This document shows positions 8,887 through 19,253 of a stretch of 64,000 bases of DNA, piece after piece; positions within the stretch are counted from its first letter, which is position 1, and each line of letters begins with the position of its first letter. The translations under genes and the position numbers were made by a program. The notes beneath the pieces were generated by a model. That model had not been told where the DNA came from. It saw only the letters and a program-made list of their open reading frames with translations, and did not search any database. Source of the DNA: Clostridia bacterium (GTDB lineage: Bacteria; Bacillota; Clostridia; Christensenellales; Borkfalkiaceae); the NCBI GenBank assembly GCA_017457215.1, contig JAFTHU010000001.1, positions 21,563 to 85,562 on the forward strand. The letters are read 5' to 3'.

Positions 8887-10812
8887 TTACTGTATCGCGT
8901 TTAACTTCTTTAAATAATACACAGGCGTTGCCGACCAGCCGTGGCAAAGGCTGCCCGCATTGTCAAAAGCCTCTGCGCCGTCCATGGTTTCCCACGCCGC
9001 CGAAGAACCGCTATCTAACATAAGCTGATACTGCTTGCGGATTTCTGCCAAAATCAACGCGCTATATTTCTCTTCGTCCGTCTTCAACAGAGCATCGTAT
9101 TTAAAGCATTGCATACTCAAAGAGCAAGGGATTAAATCGCCGTTTGCCAATTTTTCGCAAATCGATTGCGCCCTTTTCCCCGTTACGATATCAAACGCCA
9201 CCGCCAACGCATTGACGATTTCCACGTATTCTTCGCCACCTTTCGTTACGCTAAATAATTGCTTTTCTTCGTTATAAAAGGCGTTCGTTACGTTTTGCGC
9301 AAGCTCCGTATCGATATCGCCGTACGGATATTCTAAATCCGCAAGCGCACAAATACGTTTTAACGAGCGCAACGCCATTACCGTTAAAATATTCAGCTGC
9401 GCGTCGGGAATCACCTCGGACAAGCCGTGCAACGCCCCCTCGGAATGTTCCGACCAATCGTAGAAATTCCAGTTCGTTTCTCCCTCGAAACGGTAAATCA
9501 ATCCGTCCTTTCTCCGCGCCAAAATCGCGTCCATATACCTGCGGATACGGGGATAGACTTCCTTGGCAATCGATATATCGCCCGAATGTTCCATATATTC
9601 CTTTACAGACAGCGTATAATACAACGAAAAGGACGGAATCGTCAAATCATTTCCGCAAGGATAGCAAATGGACATCAAGCCGTTGGGATAACGGTCTTGA
9701 CTCATAAGCAGTAGATTCGCGCGGGCGTATTCAAAATTGCCCCCCTCGAACGCATAATATCCGCAAAGGATTTGATTGCGCGAATCAAACGCATACAGAC
9801 ATTGTTCCCGCCAAGGGCAATCGACGTAATGTTCCATCATACAAAGGCGTAAACTGTTCAAACACAGTTTATATATCTCTTCGTCCTGCTTGTTTTGCGC
9901 TGTAAACGGCTTAATTGCCACGGGATATACCTGCGGAATAATCGAAATTTTCCGCAAATCGATTGCGTTTTCACTTTCTATCTGCAAATATCTGCAAGCG
10001 AAGCGCAACATATAATTCGTATATTCGTTTTCACCCGCCTTGGTGATATATTCCACACTGAAATCACGGGCGTCCACAAAACGGCTGACTCTGCCGCCAA
10101 AGCGGATATGTTCGCCGTAAGATACCGTGATTTTTTGCTCGGTTGCGGAAGAGAGGGTAAAAGAAAGCAACCCCACTACTTCTTCGCCAAGATCTAAAAG
10201 ATAATAGGTTTTTCCCTTTTCTTTTATGATTTTTGCTTCTTTGGGCGCAAGCAATTTTGCTTTTTGAACGGGGCGAGAAATAAACGTGCAATTTTTATCC
10301 ACGAACGCCGACGGCGTAAAACCCTGTAATTCACCCTTAATCCAACCGTCTTCTTTCGTTGCGTTGTATAAATAACTGTATCCAAGCTGCGACGTTATCA
10401 ATTTTTGCAAACCGTTTTGATAAGCTTTGCTGTATCGGGACAGCGTATTTTCGCCGCTTTGCGCACGGACAAGCCCTTTTTCTTCCACTTCGTAAATCAA
10501 ACCTGCCGCCGCTTTTAAATAGCGCTGACTGTTTGTGCCGAAATGCCATACAAGAATGGCAATACCGTTTTTACCTGCCTGTAAGTAAGGCGTAATATCC
10601 ACGCTGTCGTATGATTTGTACCATTCGAAATCGCCGTATTGATTGCTTTCTACAAATTTTCCGTTGACAAACAACGTATAATCTCCGTCAACTGAAATAC
10701 GGCAGAGCGTTTTTTCGCCCTGCCATATAAATTCGTCATAAAATTCGCCATACGTATCGGGCGCAACGTTTTCGTCCACCCAAATCCATTTTGCTTTTTC
10801 AAAAACTTTCAT
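8887..10812 (-). CDS. GH78-like six-hairpin glycosidase (alpha-L-rhamnosidase-related)
   Basis: 641 aa. The N-terminus KAKWIWVDE...DGDYTLFVNGKFV...YDSVDITPYLQAGKNGIAILVWHFG matches the rhamnosidase N-terminal beta-sandwich pattern. The C-terminal LCHGWSATPVYYL is typical of the (alpha/alpha)6 catalytic domain. It is shorter than classical GH78 enzymes. Confidence 0.65.
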   Translation of the reverse strand: MKVFEKAKWIWVDENVAPDTYGEFYDEFIWQGEKTLCRISVDGDYTLFVNGKFVESNQYGDFEWYKSYDSVDITPYLQAGKNGIAILVWHFGTNSQRYLKAAAGLIYEVEEKGLVRAQSGENTLSRYSKAYQNGLQKLITSQLGYSYLYNATKEDGWIKGELQGFTPSAFVDKNCTFISRPVQKAKLLAPKEAKIIKEKGKTYYLLDLGEEVVGLLSFTLSSATEQKITVSYGEHIRFGGRVSRFVDARDFSVEYITKAGENEYTNYMLRFACRYLQIESENAIDLRKISIIPQVYPVAIKPFTAQNKQDEEIYKLCLNSLRLCMMEHYVDCPWREQCLYAFDSRNQILCGYYAFEGGNFEYARANLLLMSQDRYPNGLMSICYPCGNDLTIPSFSLYYTLSVKEYMEHSGDISIAKEVYPRIRRYMDAILARRKDGLIYRFEGETNWNFYDWSEHSEGALHGLSEVIPDAQLNILTVMALRSLKRICALADLEYPYGDIDTELAQNVTNAFYNEEKQLFSVTKGGEEYVEIVNALAVAFDIVTGKRAQSICEKLANGDLIPCSLSMQCFKYDALLKTDEEKYSALILAEIRKQYQLMLDSGSSAAWETMDGAEAFDNAGSLCHGWSATPVYYLKKLNAIQ

Positions 10813-10849
10813 TGCTTTGCAAAACCTTTTTTCTTTTATTGTATACGAT

Positions 10850-11719
10850 TTATTCTATTTCGTCAAGTATTTGCTGTAAAGTATCTACTTTTTTGTAACA
10901 AAGCGCATCCAAACCGCTTTGCGTGATATTGCCCGCATTTAACCCAAATACGGGGAAGCCCGCAAAACGGAGCGCCATAACCCCCGCCGCCGAATCTTCT
11001 ATCCCGATTACGTTGGCGGGATTTTTTATTTTTAAACCCATATACGCCACTTCGCTATATACCCAAGGATGGGGTTTTGCCGCAAGTTCGCCAAGCGAAC
11101 CGTATTCGTGGGTATCTTTTCTGTGCCCACCCGTGATGATTGCGTCGTAAAATTGCAACGGGTCTCCCATATCCAACGCGCGAAATACCGCTACGATTTC
11201 GGGAATTGCTTTATAATCCAACCCGCTTGTTACCAACCCAATTTTGATTCCGCGGCGTTTGAGTTCGTATAAAAACTCTTTCAAGCCCTCCGTAGGTTTG
11301 AACGCTTCTACCTTGCCGCGCCCTTCCAAAATCTCGTCCAGTTCTGCTTTCGCTACCGTATGATAGATTTCCAACGCTCTACTTAAATTTTCATCGGGAT
11401 AATACTTGTTAATGCAATATTGCAAATGTTCCGCCGTCGTAAAGCCCGACACGTAAGGAATATCCGCTTCTTCCAAGCTAAACGCCGCGTTGCAAACCAA
11501 TTCTTGCATCGTTCGTTCGATTATGTAAATCCAAAATTCCTCACTGGTAACCGTTGTGCCGTCCAAATCCATCAGCACCGCTTCTACGGGTTTATGCAAC
11601 GTAACGGGTTTTATTTCGTAATCCACCGAAACCCCGCTGCCGTTCATACGTCCGTACGTTTTACCGTCCTTTTCAATAAATTCTACGTTACTCAATTTTT
11701 TACCAATCAAATCACGCAT
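10850..11719 (-). CDS. HAD-superfamily hydrolase/phosphatase
   Basis: DLDGT motif (VLMDLDGTTVTSEEF) and a later GIEDSAAGV motif. The ATG overlaps the beta-mannosidase stop by 8 nt. Confidence 0.8.
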   Translation of the reverse strand: MRDLIGKKLSNVEFIEKDGKTYGRMNGSGVSVDYEIKPVTLHKPVEAVLMDLDGTTVTSEEFWIYIIERTMQELVCNAAFSLEEADIPYVSGFTTAEHLQYCINKYYPDENLSRALEIYHTVAKAELDEILEGRGKVEAFKPTEGLKEFLYELKRRGIKIGLVTSGLDYKAIPEIVAVFRALDMGDPLQFYDAIITGGHRKDTHEYGSLGELAAKPHPWVYSEVAYMGLKIKNPANVIGIEDSAAGVMALRFAGFPVFGLNAGNITQSGLDALCYKKVDTLQQILDEIE

Positions 11720-14195
11720 TTTTTATCTCCCGAGCAAAATCCGTTACCGTAAGTTCGTTCGCTTTCGCGCCCGCGCCGTATACGTATACCGTTTTTTCTT
11801 CCCCTGCTTGCATATCGAAATAATTATCCGAATAATCGTAATTGCAATTATTAGGCAAACGTAACGTTACCGCTTTTGCAAACGCACCCGCTTTCAGCGT
11901 TACCGCCAAGCCCTTTTCCGTTTCTTTTACAACGTAGGTATAATCGCTTGCAAAGTTGCAGGTATGCCACATATCGTAGGAGTACACGTTTACAAGTTTT
12001 TCACCGCCAACAACGCATTCCGCATACAAATAGCTGTTTTCCTGTGCGATATCACCGCAAACTTCCGTCTGCGCAACGCCGTTCGCCGACACGGACAAGG
12101 TCGCTTTTTCCACCCAAACCGTCTTCCCGTCTAACGTTTTTACGCCGTATTCCACTTCCGTTTCAAAAGCGTTCGCCGTATCGTTTACTACCGTCAACCA
12201 CGTTTTGCCGCCTTTCTTCTGTACAAAAGTCAACAAGATGGGCGCGTAACTTTTTTTCATTTGGTAATAGGCTTGCTTGGGTTCACAGTAATAATCGATT
12301 ACCGACCAAGTTGCCGACGGCCAAATCTCCGAATACATCCAGTTCATAAACCCGCCGCAACGGAGTTTGTTGGCGCGCGCGTATTCAATCTCCGCTCGCA
12401 ACGCTTCCGCATGCACCGTCATAGCCTTTGCAATAAACTGTCCTGCGTTTTCACTTTCTCCGTACAACGCCGTCGCATAATAATTTTCCCGTTTTGCAAA
12501 CGTCATTAAAATAGAGGCATACGGATTATCCATCAATCTATCGTCCCAATATTCGTTCATCGGCCAGAGTTTATCTTCAGGGAAAATCTTGGAAAGGCTT
12601 TCCAGAGAGCAAGGCCCCATAATCGCGCACTCGGAAATAAACGGAACGTCCGTACCGCTGACGCATTCGCGGTAATTTTCAATCCCTGCCTCCAAAGCCG
12701 CTTCAAAACTGCCCGCGTGCGATTCGCCCGACGTCTTATCGTTGCCGATATCCGTAAGCGCGCAAGGGCTTTGACGGGCATAAGGACGGGAGTTGTCAAG
12801 GTTCGTTACCAAACCGCGCAAAACGACGTCTACGAAATAATCTCCGTGGCAAATCTGCAAACCGTACGTACCCGTCTTTTCATTGCCGCCGCACCAATAT
12901 ACGATAGACGGATGATTCCGCAAACGCTTGATTTGATATTCCACTTCTTTTTTCATATTTTCTACAAACGCAACGTCGTCTTCGGGAATATCCGCGCAAG
13001 CCAACATTAAATCCTGCCAAACCATCAATCCCTTTTTATCGCACAAATCATAGAAAATATCTTTCTCGTAAATACCGCCGCCCCAAACGCGCAACATATT
13101 AAAATTACCCGCCACGGCTTGGTCGGTGAGTCTATCATATTTCTCGTCTTGGATTGCTCCCGTAAAACACTCTGCAGGCACCCAATTTGAACCTTTCACA
13201 AACACTTCTTTGCCGTTAATGAGAAATTTATATCCCATCGTCGTTTCATCTACAGGTCTTTGCGAAAGTTCTACCGTTCTAAACGCCAAATTTCCGCAAC
13301 GTTCGTCCACCGTTTCCCCGTTTCGGATAAGTTCTACCTTATACGCATACAAGGGATGTTCGCCGTAACCCAAAGGCCACCAAAGCTGCGGGTTTTCAAT
13401 GCGCACGTTGGCAAAATTTTTTCTGCCCGTAATTTTATATTCATACACCGTGCTGTTTTCAGCGGAAAGAGCCTCATCAGGACGAATCGCCACAGTATAA
13501 CGAAGCATATCGTTTTCACAAGCCTTGTTATGCTCCCGTATCGTCTTACCGTTAAAATCTACTTGCGGACGAATGGAATAATTCAGCTCGGCAAACAGCG
13601 AAACGCTACCGTCATTGTACGCCGTATAGGAAACGTCCACCATACGGTTTTTGGAAACGCCTTTTAAACGCACATCCCCCCAAATACCGTAACCAGGCAT
13701 ATCAGGCGCCCAATCCCAACCAAAATGACACTGCGCCTTACGAATGAACAAGCGTTTTACGTTGAACGTACCGAAATAGCCGCGATCATCTATTTCGTCC
13801 ATCTTCTTCGTCGTAGATAAAAGTTTCACGCGCAAAATATTTTTACCCGCTTTCACGAGGTCTTTTACAGAATAAACGTACTGCAAGAACATATTGTCGC
13901 AGTAACCGAGCAGTTGATCGTTCAAATAAATTTCCGCGAACGTATCAATACCGTCAAATTCCAACAAAATTTCTTCCGAGTTCAAAATTTCCTCGGGCAG
14001 AGAAAACTCGTTTTCATACAAAAAATCGCTATGGGTAATCCAATGCTGTTCGCGGTGATTGATGCCGTAATACGGGTCTGCAATCAAACCGTTATAATAG
14101 AGGTCAAGGGTAACGTCCCCAGGCACCTTTGCAGCAAGTTTTTTCCCTTCATGATATACAATCCAACCGTCTTTTAACGTAAAATCTTTTTTCAT
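11712..14195 (-). CDS. GH2 beta-mannosidase
   Basis: Start moved to ATG 14195 (MKKDFTLKDGW...). The motifs VPGDVTLDLYYNGLIADPYYG, FDGIDTFAEIYLN, WCGGNE and ISECAIMGP fit GH2 beta-mannosidases. Confidence 0.8.
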   Translation of the reverse strand: MKKDFTLKDGWIVYHEGKKLAAKVPGDVTLDLYYNGLIADPYYGINHREQHWITHSDFLYENEFSLPEEILNSEEILLEFDGIDTFAEIYLNDQLLGYCDNMFLQYVYSVKDLVKAGKNILRVKLLSTTKKMDEIDDRGYFGTFNVKRLFIRKAQCHFGWDWAPDMPGYGIWGDVRLKGVSKNRMVDVSYTAYNDGSVSLFAELNYSIRPQVDFNGKTIREHNKACENDMLRYTVAIRPDEALSAENSTVYEYKITGRKNFANVRIENPQLWWPLGYGEHPLYAYKVELIRNGETVDERCGNLAFRTVELSQRPVDETTMGYKFLINGKEVFVKGSNWVPAECFTGAIQDEKYDRLTDQAVAGNFNMLRVWGGGIYEKDIFYDLCDKKGLMVWQDLMLACADIPEDDVAFVENMKKEVEYQIKRLRNHPSIVYWCGGNEKTGTYGLQICHGDYFVDVVLRGLVTNLDNSRPYARQSPCALTDIGNDKTSGESHAGSFEAALEAGIENYRECVSGTDVPFISECAIMGPCSLESLSKIFPEDKLWPMNEYWDDRLMDNPYASILMTFAKRENYYATALYGESENAGQFIAKAMTVHAEALRAEIEYARANKLRCGGFMNWMYSEIWPSATWSVIDYYCEPKQAYYQMKKSYAPILLTFVQKKGGKTWLTVVNDTANAFETEVEYGVKTLDGKTVWVEKATLSVSANGVAQTEVCGDIAQENSYLYAECVVGGEKLVNVYSYDMWHTCNFASDYTYVVKETEKGLAVTLKAGAFAKAVTLRLPNNCNYDYSDNYFDMQAGEEKTVYVYGAGAKANELTVTDFAREIKNA

Positions 14196-14315
14196 TATTT
14201 CTAAATAAATCCTTTCGATTAATTTTATTTTTACATTATAACGCAAATATCAAAAAATGTAAATATCAATCTTTGCGTTTTCTTTTTCTTATTCTCTCTT
14301 TTTTTAATACAGATA

Positions 14316-14346
14316 AAGAGGGCGGAGTTTTTCGCTCCGCCCTCTT
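14316..14346 (-). terminator. 12-bp GC-rich stem-loop ending the giant-protein operon (terminator-like)
   Basis: AAGAGGGCGGAG (14316-14327) / CTCCGCCCTCTT (14335-14346). There is no clean U-tract on the minus strand, so its function as a terminator is inferred. Confidence 0.5.
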
Positions 14347-14401
14347 ACCGTCGCAGATCGACCAATTTTTTATCCAAAATGCCTGATTTTACGTAATAGA
14401 A

Positions 14402-17400
14402 TTACGCTTCTGTCGTAGGAATAGAATTCCATACGGGAACGCCGTCTACAATCGTCCAATAAGCCGTGTTCCACGTAGCCATTTCTGCTTGTGCCGCTTC
14501 GTCCGCCGCAAGTGCGTCCGTACCCAAGAATGCGCCGTATACGCTGCCTTCTAACGCGCCACCGTGTCCTGCTACGTAAGGAACGTTATTCGTAGCGTGC
14601 GCTACAATCGCATACGCGCCTTCGTATTTACCAACTGCTTCTCCGCTAGTAGTAGATCCACCAAACGCATAGAACTGCGTCGTTGCGCCCAAGCTGTTAT
14701 TCGCCGCGCCATACGTACCGTCTTTCATATAAACGTACACGTCTTTTACCGTAGGACCGTTACCATCACGCGAAATTTTATCCGTCTTGAAGAGCACTGC
14801 GCTACCGCCGTTTTGCGTGAATGCAAAATCTACGTAAATATTCTCTATCGTACCTGCCGCCATCGACGTAAGGAACGCATTTAAGCCAGTCATATTCGCT
14901 TTCGCATTCACAAAGCCTACGTTACGGATAACGCCGTTCGTATGCAATACGGGAATAAAGCCCGAAGCGTTACTATTCGTCGTAGCGTCGCCTACCGTCA
15001 TATTGCTAATCGTGTAACCGCAACCATCGAACACACCGACAAATCCTCTGCTTTCAGGGCTGCCCCAGTTACCGCCGCCACGCTGTTCAAACGGGATATA
15101 TACGCCGTTATTATACGTGCTGAAATCGATATTTTGACCAAGGGTGAAATAACCGCCTTGCAAATCTTTCGAGCCAACCAGCTTTGCAATATGACCGAAG
15201 TTTTGTAATTCTTCCGCCGTCGTGATTACGTTGGTAATCAACAATACGGGGATAGTAAGCTTCTTCAAACCGTCCGCCGTTTTTACCACCGCCGAAAGGG
15301 AATTTTCGCCGTACGCCGTGCCAAATGCCGATACGGGCACAGTAAGTTTACCGTCCGCATAGTTCACTGCTACCGCCGCTCCTTTAAAGGTCAACGATTT
15401 AAACGAATCGATCGTTCCCACTTCGGAAAGATCCAATTCTACCATGCTCGACGTATCCATAACGAGCGCACTGTTTGCATAACCGATATTAAGGTTTACT
15501 TCTGTCGATTTTTTCAACGTTACCGTATTTTCTGCCGTAATGCCGTCGTAGAGTTCCAAAGAACCGAAGTAAACAGCACCGTCAACCACGCTCCAAGCGT
15601 TGCTGAACCCATTTTCTGCCGTAATCACAGAGGTATCCATCGCTTCCCAAGAAGTATATTGGGTAGCGTCTGCTTTTTGCGTGCTGTCTACCTGAATACA
15701 ATCCACGGTTTCTATTCCCGTAATTACGTACGAATTAAAGACTTTTCCGCTTGTCTGATTCCAAGTAATTAAACCGCTGATCCAGTTTGCAGGTACTTCC
15801 AATCCTGCCATTTGCGTAACCTTAACGATACAGTTTTCTACCGTGCCTGCGTTCTGACGCACAAGACCTGCACCGTCCATCCAGTCCATAGCTTCCGTCT
15901 GCGCGTCTCCTCTCGTCGATAACGTAGCGATATTGAAATCCACGTAAACGTTGCTTACCGTACCGTAATTGTAAGCCACAAGACCGCGGTCATACGAACC
16001 GCCACTCGTATTCAAATCTGCAATTTCAAAACGGATATTCTTTAACGTACCGTAGTTGTTCACGATAAACGCGGGCTTATAACCGCCTTCATTCGCCACA
16101 TAACTAGCCAGCGTCGTATTTACGATACCGTAACCGTTACCGTCAATCGTACCCGTGAAATCACCTTTAATCCAAGCCAACGTTAAGCCGCTCATATTCA
16201 AATTAGAGGTAAGAACGTAGCTTGCCGACATATTAGATTGAATGATATCACGCAAAGCCGTAGGATTCGCCACGTTCGTACTGTTGAGCTCTACTCTGTT
16301 ATCAATTTGAATGGGAAGAGTAAGTTCGTATGCTTTTTCTTGGGTCTCATACGTAAATACCAAGGTTGCTTCACCGCTATCGTTCGATGTAAATTTATCC
16401 AAAGGCATTGCCCAAGAAGCCGAGTCGATAACGCCTTCGTAAACAACGTCTTCCCCATATTTTACGGTTACCGTCTGTCCCTTGAGATAAGCATCGAAAA
16501 TTTCGGAAAGGTCAACGTTCGCCGTTTCACCCATAACCACTGCCGATTCCACTATGGACATACCAAGATTTACGTCTACCGTATTTTCCGCAGTAACTTT
16601 TTCCATCATTTTACCTACGGTAAACGATTTTTCCGCCGTCTTACCGTCAATCAACGAAGTCGCCACAACCGTAAAGCTCGTACCGATTGCCTCCCCTGCA
16701 ACGGAAATCACGTTTCCTTCAACGGAGATACCCGCAACGGCTTCTTTCAAGCTATAAACGATATATCTTCCATCTTGATTTGTAAACACTGTAAACGAAG
16801 AATTTGCAGGGACGGACGCTTCCGTATTTTCAATCGTTACGTCGCCGCCATACTGGCTCATAACCGAAGTAGGAATCACTATGCCGCGTTCATCAACAAA
16901 CCACATATCGCCCCATTCTTTTACAATCGCTCCGTGCACTTCGTCTGCAAGAAGCGCTTTCGCATCTACAAAGCTGCCCGCAACGTCGTTGGAGGCATCA
17001 TAGCCCCAGAACGCCGCCACCGTAGCGGCTTCTTTCGTCGATACTTCCAACTCTTCCGCGCCGATTACGTACACGCCTTCTGCTACTGCTGCACTAAGGC
17101 TTGCCAAATATGCCGAATTCGTTACTTTGCTGAAATCACACTTGCTTGCGTCGATAAGTACGTTCTTGGCATTTTTCACAGACATATCGCGAGCGCCAAA
17201 CAAAGCCGTCGTATCGTTGCCATTACCGCTTTCCATTGAAACTAATTCAATATAAATATTTTCAAGCGTTGCCGAACCGCGATTATTCAAGAGCCCGCTC
17301 TTCGAGCCTACTTTTGCATTTGTAAATGCAATATTTTTCATGACAGAGGTATCCCCTGCAACAATAACGAAAGCGCTGTATGTGCCACTAGTTTCCATGC

Positions 17401-19177
17401 CGTTGATGTAATGTCCATCCCCGTCAAACGTACCGTGGAATCCAAGCTTATCGCTTTGCGTCCAACCATTTACCGCGATAACCTTATCCGAGCCGTATTG
17501 CTCAATCCAACCTTTAACGTTTGTGTTCGTCTGGTTACACAAGTTGTAAATACTGGGGTTTGCGCCTGCATGAGGAATAATCGGCGTCCACACTTTGTTA
17601 TATTCGATATTATCGCCGAGAATGAAGTAACCCGAAAGGTATGCCAATTTTTGTTCTTCGATAACGTAACCTGCTTTTACAGAGTTATCCGCCGCAGCTG
17701 CCTGCCATTGATCGAGTTCCTCTGCCGTATTGATGACCATGGTATACACGTCTACGGTTGCCGTATAAATCGTCGTACTCGTTTCAATTGTCATTGTTTT
17801 GCCTTTGCCGAGTTGTTCGTTCTTCGCGGGAATACCGTCAACGTCTACCGTAATGACATTTTCTGCGATAGAACCTTTCTCATTCGCTTTATCAAAGAGC
17901 ACATTTTCACCGTCAACGCTCACCTTTACTACTTCGCCCTTCATATTGGAAGGAAGTGTGAACGTAGTAAGATTATACGTTTCCAGCGTCATTTTGTCAG
18001 CCAAAGCAACTTCCGCCTTGGAAACGACAACCGTAAGGGTTATATTAATCTCTTCGCCTTCGTAGCTCGTCGTGCCTTTCAACACCGCTTCACCCGCTTT
18101 CAACGCCGTAAGCGTATCGCCATCCAACGAAATAGCGCCGTCATTTGTTTCTACCACCCACGCCACCTGAACTTCGTCTTCCGTAGGTTCGCCGTTTATA
18201 GTGCCGTAAGCTTTGCCGATTTCCATTGCTACCGTTTCCGTGTCGCTAAGCTGAAGAACAGTTTTATATCCGCCTTCTACTTCAGCAATATTTTTGTTTT
18301 CAAGCACGCAAGAATAGGAAACGGACATAACCGTAATTTCGATTTCTTTGCTAACTTCGTATCCGCGTACCGTCGTCGACACCTTATAAACCACGTTACC
18401 TGCCGAAAGTGCCGTAATCGTAGCCACGCCGCCGTCGTTTTGCAAAGACACTACGTTATCGTCGCCACTGATTTTTTCCCACGTATATTCGATTGCATAG
18501 TCTTCATCGTCCAACGTTTCTCCGTCGTACGTTACGCTTGCTTGTACTTGGTCTAACTCGCCTTCATAAATATTCAACGAATCCACACTGAATTTAATTT
18601 CGTGCAAAAGATTCGTCTTCGTTACCGTCAAATCAATTGACGCGCTTACGGTAACTCCGCCGTCGTTTACGCTTGCCGTAATCTTCGTCGTTCCCGCTTT
18701 TAACGCCGTTACCAAACCGTTTTCGTCTACCGTCGCAACCGTTTTTTCAGACGAATCCCAAACAACCGCTAAATCTTCGTCCATGCCCGACAATCTTGCC
18801 GATAATTGCAACGTTTCAAATTCCATAACCGTATTTCCGCCGCTGATTGCAACGCTTGTTTCAACGCCAGGCGTTTCGGAAGAGCCTTCAGAGCTGGCTT
18901 CGTCGGAACTTGCTTCATCGGAGCTTGCTTCATCAGAGCTTGCTTCGTCGGAGCTTGCTTCATCAGAGCTTGCTTCGTCAGAGCTTGCTTCGTTGGAGCT
19001 TGCTTCGTTGGAGCTTGCTTCGTTGGAAGATTCCGCTTCAGAAGACGTTACTTCTTCGGAAGAACTTACGGGCGCGCTGCTAGTCGAATCACCGCCATCT
19101 TTCTTGCACGCTGCAAACAAAGTAGCGGACATTACGAACGACATTGCAAGCAATAATGCTTTTTTTATTTTGTTCAT
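14402..19177 (-). CDS. Giant surface lipoprotein with Big_2 Ig-like domains and three GLUG-type beta-helix modules
   Basis: 1591 aa. Lipobox (ATLFAAC), then (ASSNE)3(ASSDE)6 linker repeats. Big_2-like segments (VATVDENGLVTALKAGTTKITAS). Three copies of G-F-x-G-x-(F/I)-DG-x-G-Y-x-I followed by GL(V/L)..N.G.(V/L)(E/S)N motifs. GGAGGG RBS. Confidence 0.85.
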   Translation of the reverse strand: MNKIKKALLLAMSFVMSATLFAACKKDGGDSTSSAPVSSSEEVTSSEAESSNEASSNEASSNEASSDEASSDEASSDEASSDEASSDEASSDEASSEGSSETPGVETSVAISGGNTVMEFETLQLSARLSGMDEDLAVVWDSSEKTVATVDENGLVTALKAGTTKITASVNDGGVTVSASIDLTVTKTNLLHEIKFSVDSLNIYEGELDQVQASVTYDGETLDDEDYAIEYTWEKISGDDNVVSLQNDGGVATITALSAGNVVYKVSTTVRGYEVSKEIEITVMSVSYSCVLENKNIAEVEGGYKTVLQLSDTETVAMEIGKAYGTINGEPTEDEVQVAWVVETNDGAISLDGDTLTALKAGEAVLKGTTSYEGEEINITLTVVVSKAEVALADKMTLETYNLTTFTLPSNMKGEVVKVSVDGENVLFDKANEKGSIAENVITVDVDGIPAKNEQLGKGKTMTIETSTTIYTATVDVYTMVINTAEELDQWQAAAADNSVKAGYVIEEQKLAYLSGYFILGDNIEYNKVWTPIIPHAGANPSIYNLCNQTNTNVKGWIEQYGSDKVIAVNGWTQSDKLGFHGTFDGDGHYINGMETSGTYSAFVIVAGDTSVMKNIAFTNAKVGSKSGLLNNRGSATLENIYIELVSMESGNGNDTTALFGARDMSVKNAKNVLIDASKCDFSKVTNSAYLASLSAAVAEGVYVIGAEELEVSTKEAATVAAFWGYDASNDVAGSFVDAKALLADEVHGAIVKEWGDMWFVDERGIVIPTSVMSQYGGDVTIENTEASVPANSSFTVFTNQDGRYIVYSLKEAVAGISVEGNVISVAGEAIGTSFTVVATSLIDGKTAEKSFTVGKMMEKVTAENTVDVNLGMSIVESAVVMGETANVDLSEIFDAYLKGQTVTVKYGEDVVYEGVIDSASWAMPLDKFTSNDSGEATLVFTYETQEKAYELTLPIQIDNRVELNSTNVANPTALRDIIQSNMSASYVLTSNLNMSGLTLAWIKGDFTGTIDGNGYGIVNTTLASYVANEGGYKPAFIVNNYGTLKNIRFEIADLNTSGGSYDRGLVAYNYGTVSNVYVDFNIATLSTRGDAQTEAMDWMDGAGLVRQNAGTVENCIVKVTQMAGLEVPANWISGLITWNQTSGKVFNSYVITGIETVDCIQVDSTQKADATQYTSWEAMDTSVITAENGFSNAWSVVDGAVYFGSLELYDGITAENTVTLKKSTEVNLNIGYANSALVMDTSSMVELDLSEVGTIDSFKSLTFKGAAVAVNYADGKLTVPVSAFGTAYGENSLSAVVKTADGLKKLTIPVLLITNVITTAEELQNFGHIAKLVGSKDLQGGYFTLGQNIDFSTYNNGVYIPFEQRGGGNWGSPESRGFVGVFDGCGYTISNMTVGDATTNSNASGFIPVLHTNGVIRNVGFVNAKANMTGLNAFLTSMAAGTIENIYVDFAFTQNGGSAVLFKTDKISRDGNGPTVKDVYVYMKDGTYGAANNSLGATTQFYAFGGSTTSGEAVGKYEGAYAIVAHATNNVPYVAGHGGALEGSVYGAFLGTDALAADEAAQAEMATWNTAYWTIVDGVPVWNSIPTTEA
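18893..19027 (-). repeat. Nine tandem 15-bp repeats encoding the (A-S-S-D/N-E) linker
   Basis: Unit gcttgcttc(g/a)t(c/t)(g/a)ga repeats head to tail from 18893 to 19027, in frame within the 14402-19177 CDS. Confidence 0.9.
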
Positions 19178-19219
19178 ATTTTTCCCTCCAATTTTATTTT
19201 TATTTTTTTATTTTTTGGG

Positions 19220-19241
19220 GGGCGCTCATTCGGGAGCGCCC
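19220..19241 (-). promoter_or_regulatory. Intercistronic GC-rich stem-loop without a U-tract
   Basis: GGGCGCTC (19220-19227) / GAGCGCCC (19234-19241), between the 746-aa and 1591-aa genes. On the sense strand it is followed by an A-rich run, so it is not a canonical terminator. Confidence 0.55.
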
Positions 19242-19253
19242 TGATCCACTTCT

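Noticed and set aside
16238-18556. 333-aa and 381-aa plus-strand ORFs inside the 1591-aa gene, and the ELASS/ACF-repeat ORFs at 18783-19244
   Set aside because: They are Arg/Phe/Asn-rich antisense translations. The repeat ORFs are only mirror readings of the 15-bp linker repeats. No start signals are present.
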